From positions 1-40,464 of the IMG/VR virus record IMGVR_UViG_3300049042_000216: a stretch of 40,464 nucleotides of DNA; one strand, written 5' to 3'. Positions 32,853 to 40,464 of the stretch are shown here, one piece after another. The translations under genes and the position numbers were made by a program. Below the pieces are notes generated by a model. The model did no database searches. It was not told the origin of the DNA and saw only the letters and a list, made by a program, of their open reading frames with translations. The stretch is from a virus. Its lineage: Duplodnaviria > Caudoviricetes. Every line of letters begins with the position of its first letter. Within the stretch, counting starts at the first letter, position 1.

Positions 32853-34831
32853 GCCATTTCCGACGAGGTCAAGACCACTTTCATGTAGCCTCGCGTCTGC
32901 TGTTGTTGACCGTCACTGCGGTGAATGTGGTTCGACGGGATGGCCTGGTGGATCTCCAGCATGAGTTCCGCTGCCCTACGCTGGAAGCGTTTCTCCGGTT
33001 CAGGCCCCCATTCCTTGTTGTTGCACATCGTCATGTAGGCAGCATACAGCTCCTCGCTTGTGATACTATCCGACGACATACTGCTTGCCCGGATGTGATT
33101 GACTACAAAGTATCTCACACTGTCGCTTTCGCTCAACAAGTTGTCTATCATAGCCCGCTGCCTCTCGGTAACCGGGAACGGCCTGCCGGCCTGCATGACC
33201 CTGCACAAGTCCTCCGCGCCCTCCAGAAACCAGTTCAATATCCCACTACCCTCCCGCTCTATCATCACATCGTGATAATTCGGGATCACCTTCTCCGGCT
33301 TGGGCTGGCTGAAGTCGAGCAGCAGCAACCGCCGGGACCACGCCCCCAAGTCTCCCTGCACGTTCACCTTGAGCCGGCTATTGGCCGTCACGATCACGTT
33401 CCAGTCGCCCACCACGGCCTTGGCACCGCTCTTCCCCTTGAACTCCACAGCCAGCCTGTCGCCGCCGGTCAGCGCCTTGAGGAACTGGCTCTCCTCGCAG
33501 TTCAGGAAGTCCGGCGGCACATCGCTGCCGATCAGCAGCGTCCGATCATGGAAGTTTCCCAGCTCGAACCGGCTGCCCAGGTGATTCGTTCTGAGCTCGC
33601 TGCAGTTCTCATCCCCGACCAGTCTCCTGACCAATCCCGCCACCGTTGACTTCCCGCCACCGCCCGTTCCCGTCAGCAGCAGGATCACCTGCGGCCTGTT
33701 CCGCTGCAGCAGCGCCAGTCCGCCCCATCTCTGCAGCAGCACCTGATCCTCCCGCTCGGGCAGCGCATGATCCAGGAATGCCTGCCACATCCCGCTGCCG
33801 GCGCCCTGCACGTACCGCACCGGCGTCTGGTTCCTTGACATCCACTCCGGGCCGAACCCGTGCATGGCATATGGCACGCTCCTCAGGTCCACCATCACAT
33901 TGCTGCAGTGCACCACGCTGTCGGGCCGTGAGAACGGATTGCGCTCGACCTGCAGCGCCCCGATCAGGTCGACCACCTGATCCGCAAAGCTCACTGTCAG
34001 CCGCGTCAGGAGCGCCGGCAGCCGCGGATCCTCTGTCGATGCCATCTGATCCAACAGAACGCGCCTTGCGGTCTCCAGGACGCGCTGCTGCATCTCCTCG
34101 CGGCTCATGGATATCCAGATCCCCCTGTCCGCGGCATACCAATAGTGCTGCCCGGTCTGGGCATCAAAGAGCAGCCGCTCCTTGTGCGCCATGTACCCGG
34201 CAAAGAATGTCGGGTGTAAATTACCCGTCCCGCTCCTCCCGAACGTCCACGGCACCCCATGCAGCCGGAGCAACTGCGCCATCTCATCCCTGCTGCCCGG
34301 CACCGGCCAGCCCTCGGGCCACCGGATCTGGCTGAACTCCAACGCCACCGGCGGCCTGTCCACCAGCACGCTGTACTCGCACCCGCTCGGGTGCACGCCC
34401 TTGACCGTGCTCAGGTTCCCGGTGCTCCGCCACTCGTAGAGCGGCTTGCCCATCACCCGCCCATTGACCTCGACCATCTCCGTGGTACTCCGCTCCGCGC
34501 ACGGCTTGGGGTAGGCCCCCGTGATCCTGACGCCCACCTGTGCGCCCCTTTTACCCTTCCACCTCGCACTGCCCTGCAGCACCGGGTTCACCTTCAGGAA
34601 CGCCTCCAAACTCCCCTCATCATCGAAGTCAATCGCGCACAGCCCGCCGGAGAACTCCCCCAGCCTCACCGCCACGTTCCCGTGCTCCAGCATGACCCGG
34701 TACACATCCCTCTTGGTACTCTCCATGGTCTCCTGGGTGTACTTGACCATCGGAATCTTGGTCCCCGGGCTCTGCGGCACCAGGAACAGCGGTTCGCCTA
34801 GCCAGGCCTCGATCTCTTGCGTCGTCATCAT
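32849..34831 (-). CDS. primase-polymerase / SF3 (D5/P4-type) helicase fusion
   Basis: GNVAVRLG..AIDFD prim-pol motif; Walker A GTGGGGKST; KALTGGD; TAN; AWSRR. Confidence 0.88.
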   Translation of the reverse strand: MMTTQEIEAWLGEPLFLVPQSPGTKIPMVKYTQETMESTKRDVYRVMLEHGNVAVRLGEFSGGLCAIDFDDEGSLEAFLKVNPVLQGSARWKGKRGAQVGVRITGAYPKPCAERSTTEMVEVNGRVMGKPLYEWRSTGNLSTVKGVHPSGCEYSVLVDRPPVALEFSQIRWPEGWPVPGSRDEMAQLLRLHGVPWTFGRSGTGNLHPTFFAGYMAHKERLLFDAQTGQHYWYAADRGIWISMSREEMQQRVLETARRVLLDQMASTEDPRLPALLTRLTVSFADQVVDLIGALQVERNPFSRPDSVVHCSNVMVDLRSVPYAMHGFGPEWMSRNQTPVRYVQGAGSGMWQAFLDHALPEREDQVLLQRWGGLALLQRNRPQVILLLTGTGGGGKSTVAGLVRRLVGDENCSELRTNHLGSRFELGNFHDRTLLIGSDVPPDFLNCEESQFLKALTGGDRLAVEFKGKSGAKAVVGDWNVIVTANSRLKVNVQGDLGAWSRRLLLLDFSQPKPEKVIPNYHDVMIEREGSGILNWFLEGAEDLCRVMQAGRPFPVTERQRAMIDNLLSESDSVRYFVVNHIRASSMSSDSITSEELYAAYMTMCNNKEWGPEPEKRFQRRAAELMLEIHQAIPSNHIHRSDGQQQQTRGYMKVVLTSSEMA

Positions 34832-36030
34832 AGCAGTTCCTTGATCAGCACTCGGAAGGCCCGTTCTGCGGTGGCTGGCACAACTCCATTCCCGAGCAGT
34901 CGGAGCTCGTCCGTTCGATTGTCACAGGTGACGCACAGCTCGGCATAGTCCATCCCACCGGCAGCCCCATCAGCGTCTCCACCCAGCGCGGGTTGAGTTT
35001 GCCTTGAGTCTGATTGCTCAGACCAACCTGACGGCAGTTGTCGCTCCTCCTGTCGCTCGCATCCGGCGTTGCCCAGCTCTTCACCTGCTGGTCCAGCTTG
35101 TCGATCATGCTCCCGTCTTTCTGCCTGTGCGCTCCAGTCGAAACGGTGGCTGTCTGCCAACTCTTCTCCACTACATGGACCTGAGTCGTTAGCTGTGTCG
35201 CCCTCTCCAATGGCCTTCCGCTGGTTGTCGCTGTCATCCCGCAAGCACCGCTCTTTGGTGTCATCCAGAGTCTGCCTTCCTGAGACAACCCTTGGCGGCT
35301 CCCATCCGTACTGCTGCTCGCCGGGACGGGATGGCCATGCTTCACGACCACCGTGCTGAGTGATTCCTGACTGCCTTTCATACCTCGACTCCTGTCCTGA
35401 AAGCCCTGCCGGGCTTCGCTGGCTTGAACTGTTGGCCAGTAGCACAAACGTCCCGAGGGGGGGGGTGTTCGATTGAGCTGAGACTTGCCTTGCGAGTTCT
35501 TGGCTTCGTTCGCTGTCATTGTGGGCCAGGATGAAGACCCGCTTTCTCTGGTGTGGCGCTCCGCATTCAGACGCGCTGAATATGCCCCACGTCGTTCTGT
35601 AACCCATTCCAGCCAGGTCTTCGATGACGTCGGACAGCCCCAGGCTGATATGTCCTTCGACGTTTTCAAAGAAGCAGCACCGGGGTCTGAGAAGTCGAAT
35701 GCCGTCTGCGATGTAGGGCCACAGGTGCCTCGGGTCGTCTTTGCCTCGGCGTTGCCCGGCTGCACTGAACGGTTGGCAGGGGTAACCACCAGTGAGGATG
35801 TCCACTCGGTCGCGAAACGCTGCCCAAGGGAAGGTCTTAAGATCCGGCCATATAGGTGCTGGGTCCATGAGTCCCGCTTCCATTTTGCTGACCAGGTTCG
35901 CAATGGCGAAGGCTTCGATCTCACAAAGAGCGACCGTGCGCATATTTCCGATTGCTCGGTGCAACCCAAGCTCAATGCCTCCGTATCCAGCGCACAGGCC
36001 GATGTGTGTAACTGCTTTGGAAGTATCCAT
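34828..36030 (-). CDS. C5 cytosine DNA methyltransferase, catalytic (alpha-like) chain
   Basis: Motif I LCAGYGG, IV GYPCQPFS, VI FENV, VIII HQRKRVF, X LGNGV; motif IX absent. Confidence 0.9.
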   Translation of the reverse strand: MDTSKAVTHIGLCAGYGGIELGLHRAIGNMRTVALCEIEAFAIANLVSKMEAGLMDPAPIWPDLKTFPWAAFRDRVDILTGGYPCQPFSAAGQRRGKDDPRHLWPYIADGIRLLRPRCCFFENVEGHISLGLSDVIEDLAGMGYRTTWGIFSASECGAPHQRKRVFILAHNDSERSQELARQVSAQSNTPPLGTFVLLANSSSQRSPAGLSGQESRYERQSGITQHGGREAWPSRPGEQQYGWEPPRVVSGRQTLDDTKERCLRDDSDNQRKAIGEGDTANDSGPCSGEELADSHRFDWSAQAERREHDRQAGPAGEELGNAGCERQEERQLPSGWSEQSDSRQTQPALGGDADGAAGGMDYAELCVTCDNRTDELRLLGNGVVPATAERAFRVLIKELL

Positions 36031-36035
36031 GTCAT
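34845..36035 (-). CDS. overlapping-frame methyltransferase partner (beta-like chain)
   Basis: 396 codons open; five W-x-T repeats; LNPRWVETLMGLPVGWT motif IX; ATG coupled to helicase stop. Confidence 0.75.
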   Translation of the reverse strand: MTWILPKQLHTSACALDTEALSLGCTEQSEICARSLFVRSKPSPLRTWSAKWKRDSWTQHLYGRILRPSLGQRFATEWTSSLVVTPANRSVQPGNAEAKTTRGTCGPTSQTAFDFSDPGAASLKTSKDISAWGCPTSSKTWLEWVTERRGAYSARLNAERHTRESGSSSWPTMTANEAKNSQGKSQLNRTPPPSGRLCYWPTVQASEARQGFQDRSRGMKGSQESLSTVVVKHGHPVPASSSTDGSRQGLSQEGRLWMTPKSGACGMTATTSGRPLERATQLTTQVHVVEKSWQTATVSTGAHRQKDGSMIDKLDQQVKSWATPDASDRRSDNCRQVGLSNQTQGKLNPRWVETLMGLPVGWTMPSCASPVTIERTSSDCSGMELCQPPQNGPSEC

Positions 36036-37297
36036 TCCGCCCTCCTCTCAAATGCCAACGCCTCCTCCGATATAAACCATCCCTTCGGCCACTCGGTCAG
36101 GTAGATTCCGCCTAGTGTCCGCACCCGGCTCAGGGCCACGTAGGCCTGCCCGGGCTCACGGGCCGCCCTGATGTCAATCCTCGCGGCATCCAGGGTCAGT
36201 CCCTGCGCCCGGTGTATTGTCATCGCGTAGGCCAATCGGAGCGGGTATTGTTGGACGGTTACCCCCAGCGACTCAAAGAACCATTTGCGCCGGCCCAGTG
36301 AAATCTTTGCCCCGCGGCTCTCGACCAAGATGTCGCTGCCCCGGAACTCCACCACTCGGCCCACCTGCCCGTTGTAGAATCCCTGCTCCGCATCATTAGC
36401 TGTGAACATGACCGCTGCTCCGGGCTTCAACTGCAGCACCCGCGGCGTGCTCATGTTCTTGGTGGCAAACTCCACCGCCTGATCCACGCCCTTGACCTCG
36501 GCATCGAACACGGCAATCGGGCCATCAATGCTGCTCAAGCGGTAGTTGTTCCACTTGTCCACCTGCACGTTGTGCGTCATCAGCCGGGTGATGTGCTCCG
36601 GCGGGTTCATCTTCAGCGCACTACGCAGCAACTGGTTGTCCCGCGGCTTCATCCTACCCACCCGGAACCCACTCAGCATCTCAATGAACGGCACATCATT
36701 CTGCCGCCGCACCTTCTCCAGCTTGATCGTCTTGAAGTCGGCCTCCTCCCAGGCCTTGCTCAGGAACGCCCAGTCGTATGGCTTGCTCTGGTCTGTCCTG
36801 ACCGGTGGCAACTGCAGGAAGTCGCCCAGGAAGATCACCTGTAACCCGCCAAAGGGCCGGCTGTCTTCTCTGATCCGCTGCACCCAGTAGTTCAGGAAGT
36901 CGAGGTGCCGGCCCGCCATCATGCTGATCTCGTCGACCACGAGCACCTCGGTGCCCCGCACGCGCTTGCGGGCGCCATGGATCGACGGCTGCTCCTCCAG
37001 CCGCTCGGCAGCCTGCAGGAAGTCCTCGCCATCCTGCGGCCCCAACTGCATCCCGCACCAGCGGTGCACGGTGGTCCCGCCCACATTCAGCGCTGCAATA
37101 CCTGTCGGGGCCGTGATGGCCACGTCCCGAACTCCTTCTACCCTGCTCAGGAACTCCCGCAGCAGCGTGCTCTTGCCGGTGCCCGCCTGCCCCGTGAGGA
37201 AGACGTTCCCGAACGATGTTGCCCAGACCATGAAACGGTCCTCGGGCGTCGGATCGAAGTCGTCCCCGATCACATGGACAGACGGGCTGGCAATCAT
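36032..37297 (-). CDS. PIF1/RecD-like SF1B helicase
   Basis: GQAGTGKS, APTGIAA, VDEISM, GDFLQLPPV, YAMTIHRAQG, YVALSR. Confidence 0.92.
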   Translation of the reverse strand: MIASPSVHVIGDDFDPTPEDRFMVWATSFGNVFLTGQAGTGKSTLLREFLSRVEGVRDVAITAPTGIAALNVGGTTVHRWCGMQLGPQDGEDFLQAAERLEEQPSIHGARKRVRGTEVLVVDEISMMAGRHLDFLNYWVQRIREDSRPFGGLQVIFLGDFLQLPPVRTDQSKPYDWAFLSKAWEEADFKTIKLEKVRRQNDVPFIEMLSGFRVGRMKPRDNQLLRSALKMNPPEHITRLMTHNVQVDKWNNYRLSSIDGPIAVFDAEVKGVDQAVEFATKNMSTPRVLQLKPGAAVMFTANDAEQGFYNGQVGRVVEFRGSDILVESRGAKISLGRRKWFFESLGVTVQQYPLRLAYAMTIHRAQGLTLDAARIDIRAAREPGQAYVALSRVRTLGGIYLTEWPKGWFISEEALAFERRAE

Positions 37298-37301
37298 TGG
37301 A

Positions 37302-37964
37302 TCAGTAGGTAGGGATCAGGATGTCGGCCACCTTCTGCGTGAGCTGCACGTCCCTCAGGCAATAGTTGATCGCTGCCTCGCGGTCGGTTTTGAAGAGCTC
37401 GCTGAACATCGCCCCGTTGCCGGCCTTGTCGCCCAGCCCGAGGTGCCTGGAGATCGCGGCCAGACTACCGTGCGCCCGGTTGTCCCCGAGCTGCCATGAC
37501 TCCCGCAGGTCGACGATCAGGTCGTTCCAGTACCTGCCATTCCTCAGCCAGTACGGCACCGTCACCCGGTGCTTCCAGCTCCTCTTGATCATGAACGGCA
37601 AGTCGAACGGCTTGGTATTGAACCCGATCAACTGCGGCTTGCGCTCGAAGCTGTCCAGCAGCGCCCAGAACTGCACCAGCATGGCCTTCTCGCCATCGGT
37701 GTCGGCGCACAGCACCGCGGGCTGCTCATGCTCAATCCGGTAGCCGATGCACAGCACCTGGCCGCTGATGGCATCCAGTGCTGCATTGCGGATGTAGTCG
37801 CTGACGTGGTTCTCCTCGGCACGCTGGATCTTCTCCGCGATGATGTCCGGGTTTTTGATGTTGCCCAACTTGACCTGGCTCGGGTCAAACGGCGGGATGA
37901 CGAGCTCGCTCAACGGGAGCGGCCCTGTCTCGATGTCAAAGTAGATACGTGGATTTGCTGGCAT
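37302..37964 (-). CDS. DEDD 3'-5' exonuclease (PolB-exo-like)
   Basis: FDIET, GFNTKPFDLPF, NYCLRDV; ATG 37964. Confidence 0.85.
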   Translation of the reverse strand: MPANPRIYFDIETGPLPLSELVIPPFDPSQVKLGNIKNPDIIAEKIQRAEENHVSDYIRNAALDAISGQVLCIGYRIEHEQPAVLCADTDGEKAMLVQFWALLDSFERKPQLIGFNTKPFDLPFMIKRSWKHRVTVPYWLRNGRYWNDLIVDLRESWQLGDNRAHGSLAAISRHLGLGDKAGNGAMFSELFKTDREAAINYCLRDVQLTQKVADILIPTY

Positions 37965-37992
37965 AATGGTAAAACGAGTTGAATTGGTAGTT

Positions 37993-38023
37993 GTGCGTTT
38001 GTCCGCGGATGCGCACCCCCCGC
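37993..38023 (-). promoter_or_regulatory. putative H-type RNA pseudoknot in exonuclease leader
   Basis: GCGG-GGG-GTGCG-CAT-CCGC-GGACAAA-CGCAC. Confidence 0.55.
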
Positions 38024-38067
38024 TGCTTAACCATGAGTCCCCAGCAGCAACAGGCTGCCGGAAGGTG

Positions 38068-38469
38068 TTAGATAGGCTTGCCGCAGTGCGGGCAGAGCTT
38101 CTGCTGCTTGGGCTGCTTGAGCATGACGCCCACACCCAGCCACTCGCAGATCTCCGAATAGCTCTTCCATCCGAACCCAGTCACTGAATTCGGGTGGAGG
38201 TGGCCCGACAAGTATAGGCTCATCGCCTCGTCCCTGTTCTTCACCGCCATCCGGTTGAGAACATTGAATGTCCGGGTGCTGAACGGCCAGCCCCACTGCG
38301 CCTGAATGGCTTCCTTGGCCTTGGCAGCCATTGAGATCTGGCTGACCCGCTGCTTGCTCAGGCCGAGCACCTCGCCGATGCGTGTGATCGACTTGCCCTC
38401 GGCCCGCATCTGCATGACCTCGGGGATGAGGTGCGCGATCTTGGAGTACTTCTTCTTCGGGGCTGTCAT
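38068..38469 (-). CDS. transcription regulator: sigma70 region 4-like HTH plus RNAP alpha-CTD-like domain plus CPHC
   Basis: IGEVLGLSKQRVSQI; FSTRTFNVLNR..GFGWKSYSEICEWL. Confidence 0.65.
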   Translation of the reverse strand: MTAPKKKYSKIAHLIPEVMQMRAEGKSITRIGEVLGLSKQRVSQISMAAKAKEAIQAQWGWPFSTRTFNVLNRMAVKNRDEAMSLYLSGHLHPNSVTGFGWKSYSEICEWLGVGVMLKQPKQQKLCPHCGKPI

Positions 38470-38473
38470 GGCA

Positions 38474-39253
38474 TCAGTAGTTGAGGTCATCCTCTTCCTG
38501 CTTGATCTGGGCCTCCTCGTCGGCCTTGAACTTGGCCTGATACCAAACCAGGGCATTGATCAGCCGCTTGTCGTCCGCGCTCTGCTTAACCTCGGCACGG
38601 GCCTTGGGCAGCCAGTGCTCGATCAGGCTCGTGATGCTCTCCTCGGTCAGCTCCCGGAGCTCGATTCCTTTGTGCTTCCCGACGTGCACCTTGACCTTGG
38701 ACGCATCGTCCGCTGGGGGCTGCCCGCCGCCCGTGGTCTTGCGGAAGCTCGAGTCGCCTCCCGCCGCAGCCTTGCCCTCCGCTCCCTCCTTCGCGGGCCG
38801 GTCCTGCAACCGCACCCACAGCCCGCTCGGGGCCAACGCCTCGCCGCTCTTGTGCGGCATGATCAATTTGATGTTCGCGTAGGTCTTGCTGCCGTCCTCG
38901 CTCTGCTCGTGCCCGATGACGAGGCTAGCCGGGCGCCCGAGGAGGCTCTCCAGATCCAAACTTTTGTTCTCGGTGTCGGTCAACTTACGCCCGAACCAAT
39001 CCTTGAGGAACTTGGTGAGCGCAGCCTTCTCATGCAGGCTCGGGACCATCGGCTTGGTCATCACCACCCAGGGCTGCACTGGGTCGCGTGAGTCGTCCGG
39101 GAGGTCGATCTCGAACACGAACTTGAATTTCTGCTTCACTCCGTATTGCGTTTCGTACTCCTTGAGGGGAGACACGTCCACACAGACCGCCCGGCCCGAG
39201 AACTCGGGGCACGGCGCGAAGTCCTTCTTACCGCCTGTTGCACTGATTATCAT
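38474..39253 (-). CDS. putative single-stranded DNA-binding / replication protein (NGO0469-like)
   Basis: AVCVDV, SLHEKAAL..L..WFG, DLESLLGRP, YANI; acidic tail EEDDLNY. Confidence 0.65.
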   Translation of the reverse strand: MIISATGGKKDFAPCPEFSGRAVCVDVSPLKEYETQYGVKQKFKFVFEIDLPDDSRDPVQPWVVMTKPMVPSLHEKAALTKFLKDWFGRKLTDTENKSLDLESLLGRPASLVIGHEQSEDGSKTYANIKLIMPHKSGEALAPSGLWVRLQDRPAKEGAEGKAAAGGDSSFRKTTGGGQPPADDASKVKVHVGKHKGIELRELTEESITSLIEHWLPKARAEVKQSADDKRLINALVWYQAKFKADEEAQIKQEEDDLNY

Positions 39254-39262
39254 GTTATCGTC

Positions 39263-39475
39263 TTACTTTGTGTTTTTGTTGTGTTGAGCCGAGGCCTGTT
39301 TTTCGACCTCGGAAAGTTGCTTCGCCATCCTGGCGTACTGTTCCCAGTACTCCGGCCAGGTTGACTTGATCCTGCGCAGGTTCTGCTCGTCGGCCACGAG
39401 TGCCGCAGCACCCAGTTTCCGCACAAAGCTCCCGCCGTACTCCATCATCGTCTCAATGGTTTTCTTGTCGGTCAC
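39263..39475 (-). CDS. hypothetical protein
   Basis: GTG 39475; YGGSFVRKLGAA..AD..N..RIK..WPEY. Confidence 0.7.
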   Translation of the reverse strand: MTDKKTIETMMEYGGSFVRKLGAAALVADEQNLRRIKSTWPEYWEQYARMAKQLSEVEKQASAQHNKNTK

Positions 39476-39621
39476 TTGCTTCCCTTCCCCTTTTTGCGTG
39501 TCCAAAAGGACGTGAACTCCATTTTCTTGGCCCGCGCTGCCCGGAAGGCTGCACCGACTTCGCCGCGGGCGAGCACTCGGAGACCGTCCCCCTCGCGCTG
39601 AATCTCTTTGGCCGATTTCAT
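39472..39621 (-). CDS. hypothetical basic protein (49 aa, absent from ORF track)
   Basis: MKSAKEIQREG...TRKKGKGSK; 4-nt overlaps at both ends. Confidence 0.65.
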   Translation of the reverse strand: MKSAKEIQREGDGLRVLARGEVGAAFRAARAKKMEFTSFWTRKKGKGSK

Positions 39622-39809
39622 TGCATTATAAAGTCGAAGTTGTTCCGCCAGCTATCGTTCAGCCGGTTGTAGGTATCGGCCTTGATCTTCCATGTCCTCG
39701 GGTCCCGGGTGCTCCCGGTATGCCGGCACTTGATGCGCACATCCAGATCCTTGATGGCGATGTTCCTGAGCCGGTGATCGACCGGCAGCTCGTGAAGTCT
39801 GGTGCTCAT
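39618..39809 (-). CDS. hypothetical protein
   Basis: ATGA coupling both ends. Confidence 0.65.
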   Translation of the reverse strand: MSTRLHELPVDHRLRNIAIKDLDVRIKCRHTGSTRDPRTWKIKADTYNRLNDSWRNNFDFIMQ

Positions 39810-40051
39810 GCTCGGAACTTCAGTCCCTCGACCAGGCCAATGCAGGTGTCCAGGATCTCCCGCTGCTGCTGCAGTGCCTGCAGCTTCTGCGCCCGCAGCT
39901 CCTCGATCTGCCGCAGCGCCTCGGCCAGACCGGCCTCCAGCCCTCTTGCAAACTGCGCCGGGCAGACCTCGTTCGCCGGGTAGGTGTGCACAACCTCGTC
40001 CCGGTTGATAATGAATGCGACGGCGTCGACCATCGGTGTGGGTGTTCTCAT
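39806..40051 (-). CDS. hypothetical coiled-coil protein
   Basis: TPMVDA..VCPAQFARGLE; coupled. Confidence 0.65.
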   Translation of the reverse strand: MRTPTPMVDAVAFIINRDEVVHTYPANEVCPAQFARGLEAGLAEALRQIEELRAQKLQALQQQREILDTCIGLVEGLKFRA

Positions 40052-40281
40052 GGTTTCTCAGTCTCTCTGCATTGTTTGATTGCCATGTCTATGGCCAGTC
40101 GCAGTGACGGCCATTCTGACGGTTCGATGCCGATTTTTCCGTAGCCGTCCAAGTGCTGCAGTACCTCTACAAACTCGCCACCAGATTCATCGACGATCTC
40201 AATTTCAATGACTCCTTCGCAGAATAAGGTCTCACCTTCAGGGGTGATGGCCCACTTGGTTGGTCGGGTGATGAGTTTCAC
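40048..40281 (-). CDS. hypothetical protein
   Basis: EIEIVDESGGEFVEV..IEPSEWP; GTG in junction motif. Confidence 0.7.
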   Translation of the reverse strand: MKLITRPTKWAITPEGETLFCEGVIEIEIVDESGGEFVEVLQHLDGYGKIGIEPSEWPSLRLAIDMAIKQCRETEKP

Positions 40282-40464
40282 AGCTTGGCCTCCTTGGTTT
40301 TGTGTTGCTGCATCCAGTTATCAATCGCTTTCAGGATATCGGAATGGCTGTTCTCGACGCTCTCCAGACGTTTAATCCTGTTATTCAAACGATTCAGTTC
40401 TCGGACGATGAACTGTGGATGAAGATCCTTTAGGTTGCCACCATCAGGAGTGTGGATTGTGAAT
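40278..40464 (-). CDS. 3' half of junction-spanning hypothetical protein
   Basis: In frame with 108..1; ends KTKEAKL in the junction motif. Confidence 0.8.
   Translation of the reverse strand, partial: FTIHTPDGGNLKDLHPQFIVRELNRLNNRIKRLESVENSHSDILKAIDNWMQQHKTKEAKL
40407..40464. repeat. 58-bp terminal direct repeat (copy 2)
   Basis: Identical to 1-58. Confidence 0.95.

Noticed and set aside
34828-36051. Methyltransferase as a frameshifted pseudogene or assembly error
   Set aside because: Both frames are open end to end, with coupled start (second frame) and coupled stop (catalytic frame); motif order VIII-IX-X would need two compensating shifts
37965-38067. tRNA or known self-cleaving ribozyme in intergenic gaps
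   Set aside because: No cloverleaf/T-loop and no hammerhead, twister or pistol core recognised by eye; an Infernal search is needed to exclude fully
37965-38135. N-terminal extension of the exonuclease ORF to 38135
   Set aside because: Overlaps the upstream gene and the structured leader; the catalytic motif starts right after ATG 37964

Overview
Apparently complete, circularly assembled tailed-phage genome of about 40,406 bp. Bases 1-58 are repeated at 40407-40464 and an ORF reads in frame across the join. Architecture is podovirus-like and every credible gene is on the minus strand. Order of transcription, starting at a putative promoter near 3870-3890: lysozyme-like gene, RuvC-like resolvase and a run of tiny accessory genes; (wrap) SSB-like, sigma4/alphaCTD-like regulator, 3'-5' exonuclease, PIF1-like helicase, C5 methyltransferase, primase-SF3 helicase and glycosyltransferase; TerS-like, TerL, portal, scaffold, major capsid; small virion genes, holin/spanin-like genes, adaptor, nozzle, three ejection-protein-like genes (one of 2237 aa) and a tail fibre. 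I saw no integrase, DNA polymerase, tRNA or CRISPR. Most notable observations: (i) the 2237-aa protein looks like a polyprotein with effector-like modules delimited by a recurring [RY]-[FY]-M-P motif and two small genes nested out of frame in its linkers; (ii) the methyltransferase is split over two fully overlapping reading frames; (iii) three covarying H-type pseudoknots lie ahead of start codons; (iv) the accessory genes share a repeated junction sequence; (v) a dif-like site lies between TerS and TerL. All family assignments come from motif recognition by eye, not database searches.
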